A stretch of 64,000 bases of DNA from Glaucostegus cemiculus. Its lineage: Eukaryota. The DNA is taken from assembly GCA_976551045.1 (NCBI GenBank), contig CDPCPM010000241.1, positions 5,146,001 to 5,210,000 of the forward strand. The letters run 5' to 3'. Within the stretch, counting starts at the first letter, position 1. Each line of letters starts with the position of its first letter. Below are positions 50,998 through 64,000 of the stretch, one piece after another. Below the pieces are notes generated by a model. It saw nothing but the letters and a program-made list of their open reading frames with translations. It made no database searches and was not told where the DNA came from. The translations under genes and the position numbers were made by a program.

Positions 50998-53599
50998 GAT
51001 AGGTGTTGCCATAATTCTTCGTTTACAATATAAATCGTTTAACATGTTAGGTAAGGTACCTTCTGGTAACCTGCACCGTAAGTTCACTGTTCCTGGTAAA
51101 ATCGCAAAAAAAGGTGAACATTAATATTTCTTCTAGAAATAAATATCAAATGTATGCACGTCGCTAACGTAGAGACAAGATATTACTTTTCCTAAACCTT
51201 GCCATCGTATATTTTTCACTTCGGTGCTTCAAATCACTTTTATGCGATGCCCGACATTATCTGGCAAATGAACGAAGTCGATTCTGCAAACTGAATTTCT
51301 TTTATGCAGAAACAGTGGAAATCGCTCTGTAACCAATAGGCTTTGTTGCACATTTCATGCTGCAGCTTTACTCAAAATACTGAACTGCTAAAATAATGCA
51401 GGTATGGTTGACAGGACTTTACGTCCCTCAACAACCGAGAACAACGCATTGTCCATTCGTTGCCCCGTTATATGCATCACGGTAATTGTTTCTGCAACAT
51501 CTCATCATCGGGGCTTCACGCACCCTGGCAGTCTCCAGCAGTTGCAGTTGAAGCAAGGCTTCATGACAATGCACATAACAGACACATTGACATTTACAAA
51601 CATGCGCTTCCGAAAATCAAAAACGAGTTAGACGCCGACGAATGCAGTACTTCTAATTTATGGATAATTGGGCGAAAAGACACACCCATCTGCCCAGAGT
51701 ACTTCCCCAGAGATCGAACGAGAATCCGGGAACACACCTTTCACCTTCGGACTTGTGAACGCAAGCTCTGCCACCAAGCCTTTGCAAATGGTCACATGAA
51801 CAGAATATAGACGATATTATGCGCCTTTCTTCATTAAACCATGACAAATAGTTCGATATTATGCACCAATTTAATGCCTTCCCGAGGTATAACTGTACAC
51901 TTGATTTATGACAGAGCTTGTTATACAAAGATACATAAAATCTATAGGAAATAAAACCTGCCTTTATATAACACTTCATTTGTGGAATCAGACTTTTGCA
52001 CCCGAACAGGGCACTGACGCTTTGCATACTGTGTGCTGGAACAATCTGTTCAATACGCATGCCCAAACACTTGCTATTCTTTGTGATCTTTCTTTTCCTT
52101 TTAAAGTCTAAATTCTACATTCGACCACTGTACTGGTAGGGGTTTCCTCCTCTAAGCAATATAATACACTCCTAACAAGTGCACAACCAGATTCTAAAAA
52201 GCTTCCTGGTCATTGTTCGAACACAGGCCCAGTGTGAGATCAAAGAGGCTCAGCTATATTTTAAATGTTCGTCTGATTTTCGCTATTGCAGCGTACCAAT
52301 AAAACATGCAAATTACCCATATTTTGGAGATGAATGAGCATTTTTACTGGCATTAAATTTTTACATTTGAAATATAATTGGATCATGCCTTTGATTTCAT
52401 CTTATAATACCCAGTCACTTCCTTTGGGCACTGGAAGGACCATTGACTGAATAGTCGCTAATTCTTCTACAAGTGCTCCTAGAGCCCTCCATGCTGGTCA
52501 AGAAACAGCTGCCTGGTCCAACCCCAGCTCTGGGTGCTGGGTCCACAGCCTTGCAGGTCAAGGCTCTTCAAGTACCTGTCCAAGTACTTTATAAATGTTA
52601 TATGGGCTTTTGCCTCCACCACTTTCTAGGAGTGAGTTCCAGAATTCAGCATCCGCAGGATGAATTAAAAACTCATGTCCCTTCTAATCCTTCTATCAAT
52701 TAACTTAATTGAACACTGTGGTATGCCACAAGTCATGGGCTTCCAGTGTAAAAACAAAATCAGCTGTAATCCTTTTGAGTCCAGTTTGACACTCTATCTT
52801 ATCCCAAAGGGATGCAACATTTGCACCAGCCTGCTGTTATCAACCTTGTCAAAAGCATTGCTAAAATACTTACTCCATACTTGACTACATGATTTTAGTA
52901 TCATTCATAAAGACAGAAACCAAGATGGGGTTCTATTGTCAGAGATGTAAGGCCTTTGCAGCTACTCCTTTGCCTGTTATTGCTTACTATAATCAGCTGG
53001 TTTCAAAGTCTATCTCCTTTTTAAGAGGTTCAGGCTGTGTTTAAATCCCATCTACAATATACGGTGACAGCAGTGTTCATGAATTCTGGCTATGAACAGT
53101 GTAATCACTGCTGATGTTCCATCTTCTTTATTTAAGTTAGCAAAGGGGATGATTTTGGATACATAGTTACATTGATATGATCAGAACAGTACAGCACAGG
53201 AAAAGGTCCTTTGGTCCACAGTGAAAGTGTGTGTGCTCTGAAAGTAGCATTCAGCGACTGTAAGCATGCTTACAATCACTTCTGCCTTTATTTTGTTTCT
53301 GAATATGCAGCAATAATACACAAGAAATCCAAAGCAGGATCAAGTAATTTACCCTTTCAAGAACATATTCACTTTATTTTCCAGTTGAGCACCAATTCTG
53401 AGTTAACTATTAGTGTGCACAGTGCAGTTTGCAGAATAATCCTATAGTGTCTAGACAAGAACTTCTAAATAATTAAAGCAATTAAATATTAATTGCAACA
53501 CTCTGTTTATCAATGGCAACTCTTTATCTTCTTCTGTTCCAAAGGTTCATCCATTTTTCTCTTGAAAGATGATATACTCATCGATGGTTCTGATCCATT

Positions 53600-54490
53600 A
53601 AACTGTGTGAACATTGGAAAGGCTTCTGAAAAAGTACCACACTGTAAACTCATAACAAATGTTAGGGATTTTGTCAGTGGTAGAATAAAAAAAGGAATAG
53701 AAAGTAAGTCAGTTAGAGGTTATTTATCTGTATTGGAAGAAATTGGAAAGCAATGTTCTACGAGGACATTACTAATTTGTGTTAATGATTTGGAATAAGG
53801 AACAAACACTCAATATAAACATTTGCAGATAATAACAGAAAGAAAGAATGAAATATAGTAGAGAAGACACCAAGATTGCAAGCTGACCAGTTCGGTGTCA
53901 AATGAAATTCAACAGAGATAAATGTGAGATAATGCATTTCGTTTGAAAATAGAAACATTACCAGACTAAAGATAATTTAAGAACTAAATGGATCAGAAGA
54001 AGAAAGGGCTCTAGTGATTATAAACCAAATGGCAAATTTACAAAGCAATTACAAATGTTAACAATGTACTAGGATATTTCTGGGATAGTTCAAGACCAGT
54101 TAAAGTTAAAAAGTTAATGTTAAACTTGTAGCAGAACCTGAATAAGCTGCACCTAGAGTACTGTTTGCATCTCTGATCTCTATGCACTAAGAAGAATATA
54201 AAAGCACTGGAGAAAGTTATTAATTTATAAGAATGATACCAGAATTGGGAGATTACAATGAACAGGAGGACTGAACAACTCATGGTTTCTTTCTTTAGGA
54301 AGAAGACTTGGTAGTAACCTGATGGAAGTATCTAGAATTATGAATGTGATGTAGGGTGAATATTTCCACTTGTAGGAGAATCCAAATTTAGCAGGCATAA
54401 TTACGAGATATTTATGAACACAATCTAATGGGGACATATGTGAAATTCCTTGACTCAGAAAGTGGTTGGTAAGAGGAACTTTATGAATTG
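53600..54490 (+). mobile_element. Old CR1 LINE fragment
   Basis: KASEKVPH, ICVNDLE, TFAD, MKFNRDKC and LHLEYC motifs in order. Confidence 0.75.
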
Positions 54491-55389
54491 TGTGTATAAA
54501 AAGGAAAACAATTATTTATGGATAAAAATTCCACCTTTTTCCATAGCTCTGCTGAAATATATTTTACTAGTGTTTTCATTCTTTTTGTGGTTGTCGTAAA
54601 ACTCCTAACACAGTCTTGCTGGCCATGTGGAATGATCATTCACAATTTATCTTTAAACTCATCATAAACACCAGAGCCCATCAGATTATACTTAACTTTT
54701 TCAAACTGAATGAAAATATCTTAACTTCTCGTACCTTTGTAACTTCAACTACTCTTTCCTTGTGTCATCATTAATAGACATCATGTTTTTCATGCTTCTA
54801 TATACTTCTTAGTGCTCAAAACTATACACAATACACACAAATAGCACACTAAGGGCTCTTTTGCACTTGTAAGGTTGACAGAGTGGGAGTAACTTGGAAA
54901 AAAATCCTTCTTTTTGTTTAGGTATTTGAGTTTTGACATTTGATTTTTCCATGAATAAAAATTTATACCAATATTTTTTCACCAAAGCAAATTTTATTCA
55001 CATTTATATTCATGAAACAATGTATATATTTTTGTGGAGAAAGAAGGTAATAATTATGAATCAAAATTTGCTACAATTGGCATTATGACCATTTTTGGAA
55101 ATATTTTTGTCATATGTTCAGTGTGGTTCACAACATCATAACATGAAAAAAGAATGACTTCAGGGGGTGAAAAATATCAAAGAATTACTAAATGTAAGCT
55201 GTCCACAGATTCTATGATATCTTGCTCATATGTAGACCACTTATATCTAACTCCATAGCATTCCCCTAATTCTGATCATCAGGGATGCTCCTAATTGCTT
55301 CTTACTATCTACAGAAAAAAATACTTTAAATCTATTGATTAATAAAACAATAAAAAGAATGAAAAAAATATTTATCCACCTCTCATGAT

Positions 55390-55555
55390 ATGACAAATGC
55401 ATTGCAATCAATTAAGTACTTCAAGAAATGTAATAACTTATTTTATTTAATACATGTAGTAATTAACATTACGTCCATTGTCACCAACAACTATCATCCC
55501 AGCAGTAGCAGCAAGATCTCACAAACAGTACTTTGAAAATGTTCACTTAATCCTT
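55390..55555 (-). mobile_element. Deu-domain SINE 3' remnant
   Basis: AAGTACTT and CAGCAAGATCTCACAAACAG blocks similar to the 10.3 and 15.2 kb copies. Confidence 0.4.
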
Positions 55556-55685
55556 GGATAATTGTAATTAAACAGTTCCCATCACATCAAAACTTAATGC
55601 ATGACCTTGTAATTCATCATTTTTTTTAACTCTGTACTGGTTTCAATCAGCAGAAATTGCTAGATCAATAATATATTTCTCCATT

Positions 55686-55754
55686 ATCAATCTATCTATC
55701 ATCTATCTATCTGTCTGTCTGTCTTTCTGTCTGTCTGTCGATCTATCTATCTAT
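55686..55754 (+). repeat. Compound (ATCT)n/(GTCT)n microsatellite
   Basis: Direct reading. Confidence 0.95.
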
Positions 55755-58700
55755 TTACTTCTTTCTCTTTTCATCCCCTGGTATCTGTCACTGCGTCAGC
55801 AACCATCCCCTCTACCCCCATCCCCTTCCTCTCACGCATAACTCTGCTTTGCAATTTAATGTAAATATTGTCAATCGGATAGCTTTTAAGAAAGGAATTT
55901 TACCATAGTTTCCCTAGCGTTTGACCATTTCATTTCGGGAATAGGTAACAAGGATTGCTGGTGCAATAAATAGCACACTGAGTCAGATAAATGTGTGCTT
56001 TAAAACTGAAACAAAGACACATAGTGGAATGTAGCTGTAAGTGTGTATATCTATCACTGCTTTCCTGTTTATTACCTGATAAAACGTAAAATGAATGCTA
56101 GGTGTCTGAAGTTGGATAATATTCATTTCAATTGGGTTAACTTTCCTTACCACCATGCAGATAATATAAATATTAAAATAAAATTATACTGAAAACTCAT
56201 ATAGCTGCCTTAAATCTCTCCATGGCACTAACCTACAATCTTTTTCCTTATACCCTTGAATTTAGCTTTTTTCCCTATCAGTAATTGATGGGTCTTCTAC
56301 CTCTCATTCTACTTTCTGGAATTACTCTTTAATTTTTCCCCTTCCTCCATCCCTAATCCCCACCCCAAAACAAACACCTCCCCCTCCCCACCCCCATAAC
56401 CCAATCCCCTTGCTTCTGCGTCTTGGCCTTAAAATTGTTCTCGAAACCCATTTTCTCATTTCTCTGAGTATTTCTTTTTCTGAATTATTTTCTGTTTCTT
56501 GCATTTTAGTAAAGCGGACCAGAAATGCACAATAGGTGTAATAAATGGCACATCGCTGAAGACCACATTTAAAGCGAAATTCCTAGCTTCAGACAACTCC
56601 TCCAATATTTCATTAGTAAGAATGATTATCTTTTATCGTAATATCCATACAGGAAAACAAGCTTGGAAAGATTGTTATCAACCTCTTGTCGCCGGAAGTA
56701 ATGTTGCTGTTAGCTGAAGTACATAAGGAAACAATAAATGTCAACGTAGGAGTTTTTTTTTAAATTAGGGGACTTCATTAAAAACATGTGTTTAAGTCGT
56801 GTTTAAACACATAATGTGTTAATGTGTATGTTTGGGAGGTGCGCGGTAATGATTGTGCTGCGCGCCAATGATAGCAAAAACATGACCATACAGGATTCCA
56901 AGAGCTTCAAGAAATTAGACCTAGCAGGAAACAGCGAGGCCATCAATGCCGAGTGACAACAAACTTATTAACATTGGGCTTTCCTTTATGTCGACACGAT
57001 GATAGCAGAAGACTGCCTGCTGCTCGCTACAATGCGAAAGAAACAAGAAATATCAATATATGATGTTTCTCATTAAGACGTTTTGTTAACAAATGGAGAT
57101 TTGCTGTTGGCGAAGCAACTGGGGAGTTTATTTGTGTGTTAATAGCTAACCTCCATAAACTGGCTGAATTAAATTAGCATATGTTAAAAGCTAACAGCTC
57201 GGTAATTCCTTTCCAGCACGCACCTTCCTTGGGGAGAAGAAGCAATGTATATGCCCCTTACTTTTTAGTCATTACGTTGAAATGATATTTATCACGGTGC
57301 GTGGTCATAATAAAATATCCCCAAGCAAACAAAGCTAAATACTGTCTACCCTGCACAAGAACTATTTCTAAAGCGAAGACAAAGTGCTGCAGGCCACTGT
57401 TCTTACCCTTGGACATCATCAGAGCGTTATATCAGCAGCCTTGTTCTGAATCCATGTAAGCAACAATATTTTTCCTCTTCCGAGCCGCAGTCTTGCGAAC
57501 TTGTTATCCTGAGACTGGCGAATGGAACCGAATGAAGGTCCCACCACCGCCGTTTCAGAAAGTAGTACTTGTCAGGAAAATGCAATGCCCTCTAACTACA
57601 GGGAATGCGGCGAAATCCAAACCATAGGAGAAGTGTGTGTTTCTACTTCATAACTACTCTCTTCTTTTACCTGCACTTTCTCTTTCTGCTGGGTCGTGAC
57701 CTAAAGCTTACCACGTCACACGTCCGCTACATCTGACGAAGTCACATCTTATCATGGCGAAATATCAAAAATATCTTGTATGTGCTCTCTGTGTATAATA
57801 ACTTCACCCTTGCACTGTTTTCATTTACTTCGAATGAAAAAAAGGCATAACTTATATAGGTCAAACGTAAGGAATTGCTGTAAGGTTTCATAGATTTTGT
57901 ATTGATATGCATCAATATTGATCAGAAAGACCTCGGCTACATTTAAGTGGGTGCAGGGCAAGTTTAGATAACACCCAGACACAACAAACAACTCAAGAAT
58001 AATTAGAATTTAATTAATCTAAGAAAACGTATATAATGTCCAATGACTCACAGAGAGTTGGCGACCGCTTCTTACATTCATTTCAGCAAATATTGCAATA
58101 ACTCAATGCAATCCTGGTTCCGTGTTCAAAGTTGATTCTGCTAAGATGTGGGCCAGATATAAGATGGTTATGTTTGAAAAATCGAGGACCTTTTCTTTGA
58201 CCTCTGGTATTCCCCAGCTCTTCCACGCTGAAAATAAGCTCCAACAACAGTCACTGGGTCAACTTTTACTTGTTAATAGGATGCTACGATAATATGATAT
58301 GATTATATTACCAATATGATCAGTAACATTATCTTGTGTGATAAAATCGTTTTATAATACAACTACAGCAGTGTTAACCAGCATTGCCTCTATAATGGAT
58401 AAACAGTGTGTCATTAACTTTGTTATCTAATACTGTGTCCGTCAACACATTCTTTTGCAACAATTTAGTGTCTGTTCTTTATCCAATAATTTATACCTCC
58501 CCATCCACGCCCAAATAAAGTAGACTAATTTCACTGAAGTGCTGACATGAAATGTCAGGTATCAGACTACAAACGAATCTTTTTGAAAAGAGCGACATTT
58601 ACATGGCGGAATGTCTCCGTCCCCACCTGGTTTCCTGTGAATAGCTGCGCAGGGTTGGTGACCCTTGGATATTTTGCTGAGAGTGACAGCAGATTTCTAA

Positions 58701-59229
58701 AAGCGCACTGAAAATCTGCCATGAAAATGCGCCTCAGCGCAGTACCTCATCAGTTCGGAGTCCCAGAGTGACGTCTTACTGTTGAGAAGGAAACAGTTGG
58801 ATAAACGTTCTCCCACACCGTCGCGAGTCAGGAACAGCTCAAGGGATTGATATTCATAAATTTCACAGACAATTTCAGGATCTATAAATATTCAGCTTAT
58901 TAATCATTAGAATGTTACGTTTTAATTAAGATAACTTTAGTCAGAATTCAACGTATCCGATTACTCACTCGCTGCGGTAATTTAAGAGAAAATATATTAA
59001 CATGTAATAACGACTGTGATGAAGCGAAAGTATATAGATTGTGGGTGCATTGTTCGACTTCCGTGCTTATAGTTAATTATACGACTTTATATTGAAATGA
59101 ACTCGCTGGCTACATGAGAAGTGTATTTTGTTCCAACGTAACTTAAAAACAATACCATTCAAACACAAGCAGTCATTTGACGGAAAATAAATTCCAAGTA
59201 CTTAATTTCTATTTTTCATGGCACCCTAT

Positions 59230-60110
59230 GATTAAAGAGGCAATATTTGAATAGACATCAAATTGGCTAAGAGAGAGCAAATAAAGTGTTGTGATGAATG
59301 GCTGCTTAGTGGATGCAGGGAAATTTCTGAAATTTTTTTAACTGGATTTAGGCATCCTGAGTATAATTTCAAAGTCTGCACTTCACAATGAAGATGGTAA
59401 CAACAGATCCCAAGAGGACTTAGACAAATATGCAGCTGAAATTTAATATGAAGTAGTGTGAACTGATTTACTTTGATAGTTAGACTAAGGAGAGGCAACA
59501 TGAACTAAACGGTACAGTTTTATCCATATAGCTGTTATTTCTTTATATACCTTAATTAAAAGAACTCTATTGGCCTCAGATTTGAAATTAACAATTCACA
59601 GAATGATATAAAATTCTGGTATATAAAGGTATCCATTCAATCAAAGAAGTAGCATTTTAAATGCATCAAGTTTCCCAGCCTTCTGTAGTCTTGTTGGTTT
59701 CAATTCTCCAAACATTCATCCGCGTATTTATAAATGTGTTGAGAGTTTCTGCTTCCACTACCCTTTCAGTCAGAGAACACCAGACTCCCACCACTCCAGG
59801 TGAAAAGAAAGATTTCCTTTAGTCTCTCCTTTTCTATTTGCCAATATCTTTAATCTATGTCCTGTGGTTATCAACTACTTTGCTAAGGGTGACAGGTCCT
59901 TCCTATTCACCTTGTAAAGGACTCCCATAATTGTCTACACATCAGTCAAATCTTATTCAATCTCCTTTGTTCCAACCAAGACTGTCTTTGCTCATACCTA
60001 AAGCTTCCAGCTGTGGCAACAGTATAAAACTCCCCTGCATCTTTTGTAATGTTTTAGCATCCTTTCTGTAGTGTAGTGATCAGAAGTATATACGGCATTT
60101 CAACTGTTAG
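59230..60110. mobile_element. CR1 fragments (+ 59230-59520; - 59600-60110)
   Basis: QLKFNMK on the + strand; minus-strand CR1 3' region colinear with 20100-20600. Confidence 0.65.
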
Positions 60111-60119
60111 TGTTTTATA

Positions 60120-60795
60120 TAAATAGAATATGGTGGAAATATTCAGCAGGTCAGACAGCATCTGTGAAGAGCAAAACAGAATCAAGCACTTCATGTTGAC
60201 AACCGTTCATCAGAACTGAAACTGTAAATCTGTCTCCACACATTTTCCCCAACCCATTGAGTATTACCTGTACATTTTGTTTTTATTTCACATCACTAGC
60301 ACCTGCAGTATTTTATTTTCAGATTAGTATATTATGCAGTTTTGTCTCTACTTTTTCGATCCAAACCTGATGACTTCATACCTGCCTGATTTGTAACTTA
60401 ACAAAATTGCAGATATTGGAAATCTGAAATAAAAACAAATTGCTGATGATGGGTCATAGACCTGAACATTAACTCTGTTTCTCTTGCCACTGATGCTGCC
60501 TGGTCTGCTGAGTGTTTGCAGTAATTTCAATTTTTATTTCTTGTCTACGTTGAAATACAGTATTCTCAATCATTAAATCTATTAATATAAAAACAGAAAC
60601 TGCTCAGAATAAGCAGGAAACACTCAGTAAATCAGGCAGCGTCCACTGAATGAGGAAAAAAAGTCACTCTTTCAGGTTGAAGACCTTTCATCACAATAAT
60701 TCTGACAAAGGATCTTTGACTTGAAAGATTAGTTCTGCTTTTCTTTCCACAGATCCGGCCTGACCTGCTGAGTATGTCCAGCATTTTCTCTTTTT
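60120..60795. repeat. Cluster of three inverted Penelope-like terminal repeat units
   Basis: Units at ~60120-60320, 60405-60540 and 60590-60795 with TCAGCAGG..CAGCATC / GATGCTG..CTGCTGAG arms; CTGATGA at 60443-60449. Confidence 0.7.
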
Positions 60796-60799
60796 ATAA

Positions 60800-61620
60800 C
60801 TTTTCAGGTCGAAGTGCTTTCATCAGAGTGCTCATTAATATCTTTTTGTAATTTTGTGCTTCTAACTTCTCTCTTAACAGAGGAGCTAATATTTGTGTCA
60901 TCATTAAAATTACATTACTGGCTTTCTGTCCCATTATGTGAGCCTTTGATATCTCCAGTGAATAGTCAAGGCCAGGACACAATTTTCTTTGGAATCCCAT
61001 CTGTCACCCTGCCAAATAGTTTAGCTACCCATTATCCCTGACTCTGTCTCTTAACTGATTTCCTAATCAGATCAATAATTTCCCTCAGTTCCATGAATTG
61101 TGAATTTAGCTAACAGTTTGCTATGATGGACTTTATCACATATCTTATGGAAGTCTATCTGAATTAAATCCACAGACATTCTCCTGACAACTCCTTTATT
61201 CAACTCTCTAAAAAACTTTTAATGTTCTTATTAATTATGACCTACCCATGCTGACTCTCCCTGGTCAGCTAAATATTTTCAAGATATTCTGTCACTCCAT
61301 CCTTGATACAATTGATGTCAGACTAACTGGTTTATAATTTTCTCACCCACTGTCTTTAAATCCCAGGGGTGTAAACCATCTGGTCCTGGGAATTTGCCAC
61401 CCTTGGTTTCATTATCTCCATCATTCCTGTTAATTTGCTTACATAGTTTCTTGGATCCCTGTACCTGATCCAGCATCAGTTTCCTTCTGATGTCCAGCAT
61501 GCAATCCTCTTCTTCTAGTGTGACAGCCAGTGCAAAGTAATTATTTAACACATCCACTGTTTCCTTATTTCATTCCATAATGTCTTCATAGCTAGTTTTA
61601 ATAAAAACAAGTATCACTTC
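60800..61620 (-). mobile_element. Decayed CR1 LINE ORF2 fragment
   Basis: VLNNYFA..KFPGPDGLHPWDLK (ORF 61318-61557). Confidence 0.8.
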
Positions 61621-62189
61621 TAACCACTCTGTTTTCTCTAATATAATTGTTAATGGTTTTCATGCAGCATTTGATATCCTATCTATATTTCTTTTCCTTT
61701 CCCACCTATATAGCTTTGACTATCCATTTTCTCATCCTGCTTTTTGCAATGGCAAAAGCAGCATGAAATGATTTTCAAGGGTAAGGCAAAAGTTACAAGT
61801 TGCTACAGGAGCAGTTTAATTACCTAAAAGTTGCCTTTGCTGCTTTCTGTACTCTACCATTCTCTAGGACCTGTTCTACAATTTTGCATTTTTGCAGGAT
61901 GACGAACTCTAGCGATGCTGCTCTCCTCACACCACACACCAGCATTTATTTGCCATTCTATTCCTCCCTATTTTGTACATTTTTAGCCATGTTCCCCCTT
62001 TGGGCTTTTGCTCAATAAGAAGAAACCTCACATCAGTGTATTCTCTTCAACAAATATGCAATAACCTTTTCTTCTTCAGGAAAAGCCAGCACTGACTAAA
62101 AGTTCTGTTGCTGAAAGATGCAGAAGGAACATTTCTCACCAAGGTCACCCCACTCTTGAGTTGCAGACCCTCAAGAGCAGTACTTATTT

Positions 62190-62670
62190 TTCACCAGCCA
62201 GGCCAGCATTTATTGCCCATCTCTAACTGCCCTTTAAGAAGGCAGTGGTGAGCTGCCTTCCTAAATTGCTACTGTCCTTCTGGTAAAAGTATTCCCACCA
62301 TGCTATTTAGACCCAGTGAAGATGAAGAACTGGCAATATATTTTCAAGTCAGGATAGTCCATGATTTAGAGAGGAACCTGCAGGCTCTGGTGTTCTGATG
62401 TGCCTCCTGCCCTCATCCTTCTTAGTAGGGGTCACAGGTTTGGGAAGTTCTGTCAGAGTAACCCACCAAGTAACAGCAGTACAGTTTGTTGATGGTTCAC
62501 ACTGTGGTCAGTGTGCCAGTAGTGGTGGGAACACATGTTTAGTGTGGTTGATGGAGTGCTCATCAAGCAAGCTGCTTGTCCTGAATGGTGTCAAGCTTCT
62601 TTCTGGAGCTGCTCTCATCCAGGCAGGTGGAGAATATTCCATCACACTGATTTGTGCCTTCTGGATCATT
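62190..62670 (-). mobile_element. CR1/L2-group LINE 3' end
   Basis: KAQISVMEYSPPAWMRAAP (cf. YKAQVRSxMEYS..W), ending GGCAGCTCACCAC..GGGCAATAAATGCTGGCC. Confidence 0.75.
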
Positions 62671-62699
62671 TTGATGATTTTGAGATTAGGGTGTAATCT

Positions 62700-63540
62700 G
62701 ACGATTACTTGCATGTCCTCATGCCACTCTGTGTTTCTTTATCCTGTCAATACCTACATTTCTCTTTCTTTTTGAACTCCTGACCATGCAGCTGTCATGG
62801 CTCTTGAATTATCCATGAATGGGAGCAACTTCTTTCTACTAATCCTATCTAAACCAGACATGAACTTGCATATCACTAGCAAGTCTTTATTCAGCCTTAT
62901 TTGTACCAAGAAAAACAACTCCAGGTTCTCCAGTACACCACACCTGCAATCCCTCATCCCTTAAGCATTTCTGCACAGTCTTAGTAGCTTCTGAGGGTGT
63001 CCAGCATCTGACAATATACTGCCGTTGTGGCTTAACCAGTGTTTTATGCAGGTTCCAAATAGCCGCTCTGCTTTGTACCCTCTACCTCTGTTTATGAATC
63101 CCAGAATCTCATGCAATTTACCATGCATGCTAAACATGCCTGCCACTCTCAAGGATGTATGCACATTTATAACTGTACATCATTCAGAACTGTCATTTAG
63201 TCTATACTGTTTCATCTTTTTTCATTTTGCCAATGTGTCACTTCATGCTTTTGTGTGTTAAATTTCACCTACCACTTCTTTACCCATTCAACAGTCCTAT
63301 CCATGTCCTTTTGAAGTCCATTTATACCCTTTTCACCTTTTACGATACTTCCAAGCTTTGCATCATCTGCAATTTTTACCCTGCCCACCCATGTCTAAGT
63401 CATAAACATATATCAAATCAGAAAAGAGTAGACCAGCACTGATCACAGGTAAGTACTACAGTCTACCATTCCATCATCTGATGAACAGCTGTTTATCACT
63501 TCTCATTCTCTCTCTTTTTAAGCCATATTCCAATCCACAC
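62700..63540 (-). mobile_element. Decayed CR1 LINE fragment
   Basis: KIADD, ILGFINRG, LENLELF motifs. Confidence 0.75.
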
Positions 63541-64000
63541 AGCAGTTTTGAAGGACACAGTAAAAGTTAGAAGTTGCTACATGAGCAATTAATTACCTAA
63601 GATATGTCAATGATGGCATAGATTTATGGGGTTCTTCAAGTAAACTTGTGGCAGCGATTAAACAGGCAATTCAGTGGATTGCCATAAATCAGCACCAATG
63701 AATGTTGGTTGTTAATGATAGTAGTGACTGAACTCCAGAGATATAAATTATTAACAACTGAGAAGTTAACAGCTTTGAATAACCAATCTATCAAGTAGCT
63801 CATACTTTTAAGTGTGCCTAATGATTTTCAAACATTACACAATGTCATTGCTATGGATGAATCAATCACCACTTCCCAGGCCTCAGGTGCTAACTTGTGG
63901 TATTTTCTAATGAATTCAAAGACAATCCTTTGATCAATTTTATTGGTGCCGTTACTGTGCCTGATGAAAAGATGGCCATTCAGCTTTCTTTAATGATGAT

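Overview
Vertebrate genomic DNA, AT-rich; the repeat repertoire (HE1-like V-SINEs, Deu-domain SINEs, CR1 LINEs with TTCTATG tails) points to a cartilaginous fish (inference). The only supportable protein-coding gene is SIX2 on the + strand: exon 1 CDS 35346-35905, intron 35906-36727, exon 2 CDS 36728-37058, 296 aa. A second in-frame splice donor 6 nt downstream would add Tyr-Glu. The gene sits in a ~20 kb transposon-poor, partly CpG-retaining domain with a motif-dense promoter and several candidate enhancers, and a strong CTCF site lies ~13 kb downstream, where the known six2/six3 TAD border is expected. The flanks are decayed, often nested transposons (CR1, L2, RTE, Rex1/Babar, Gypsy, PIF/Harbinger, SINEs). 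The least obvious signal is a family of Penelope-like terminal repeats carrying minimal hammerhead ribozyme cores (best copy 476-513), often as inverted pairs. I see no convincing wholly new biological system; enhancer calls rest on motif reading only, without alignments.
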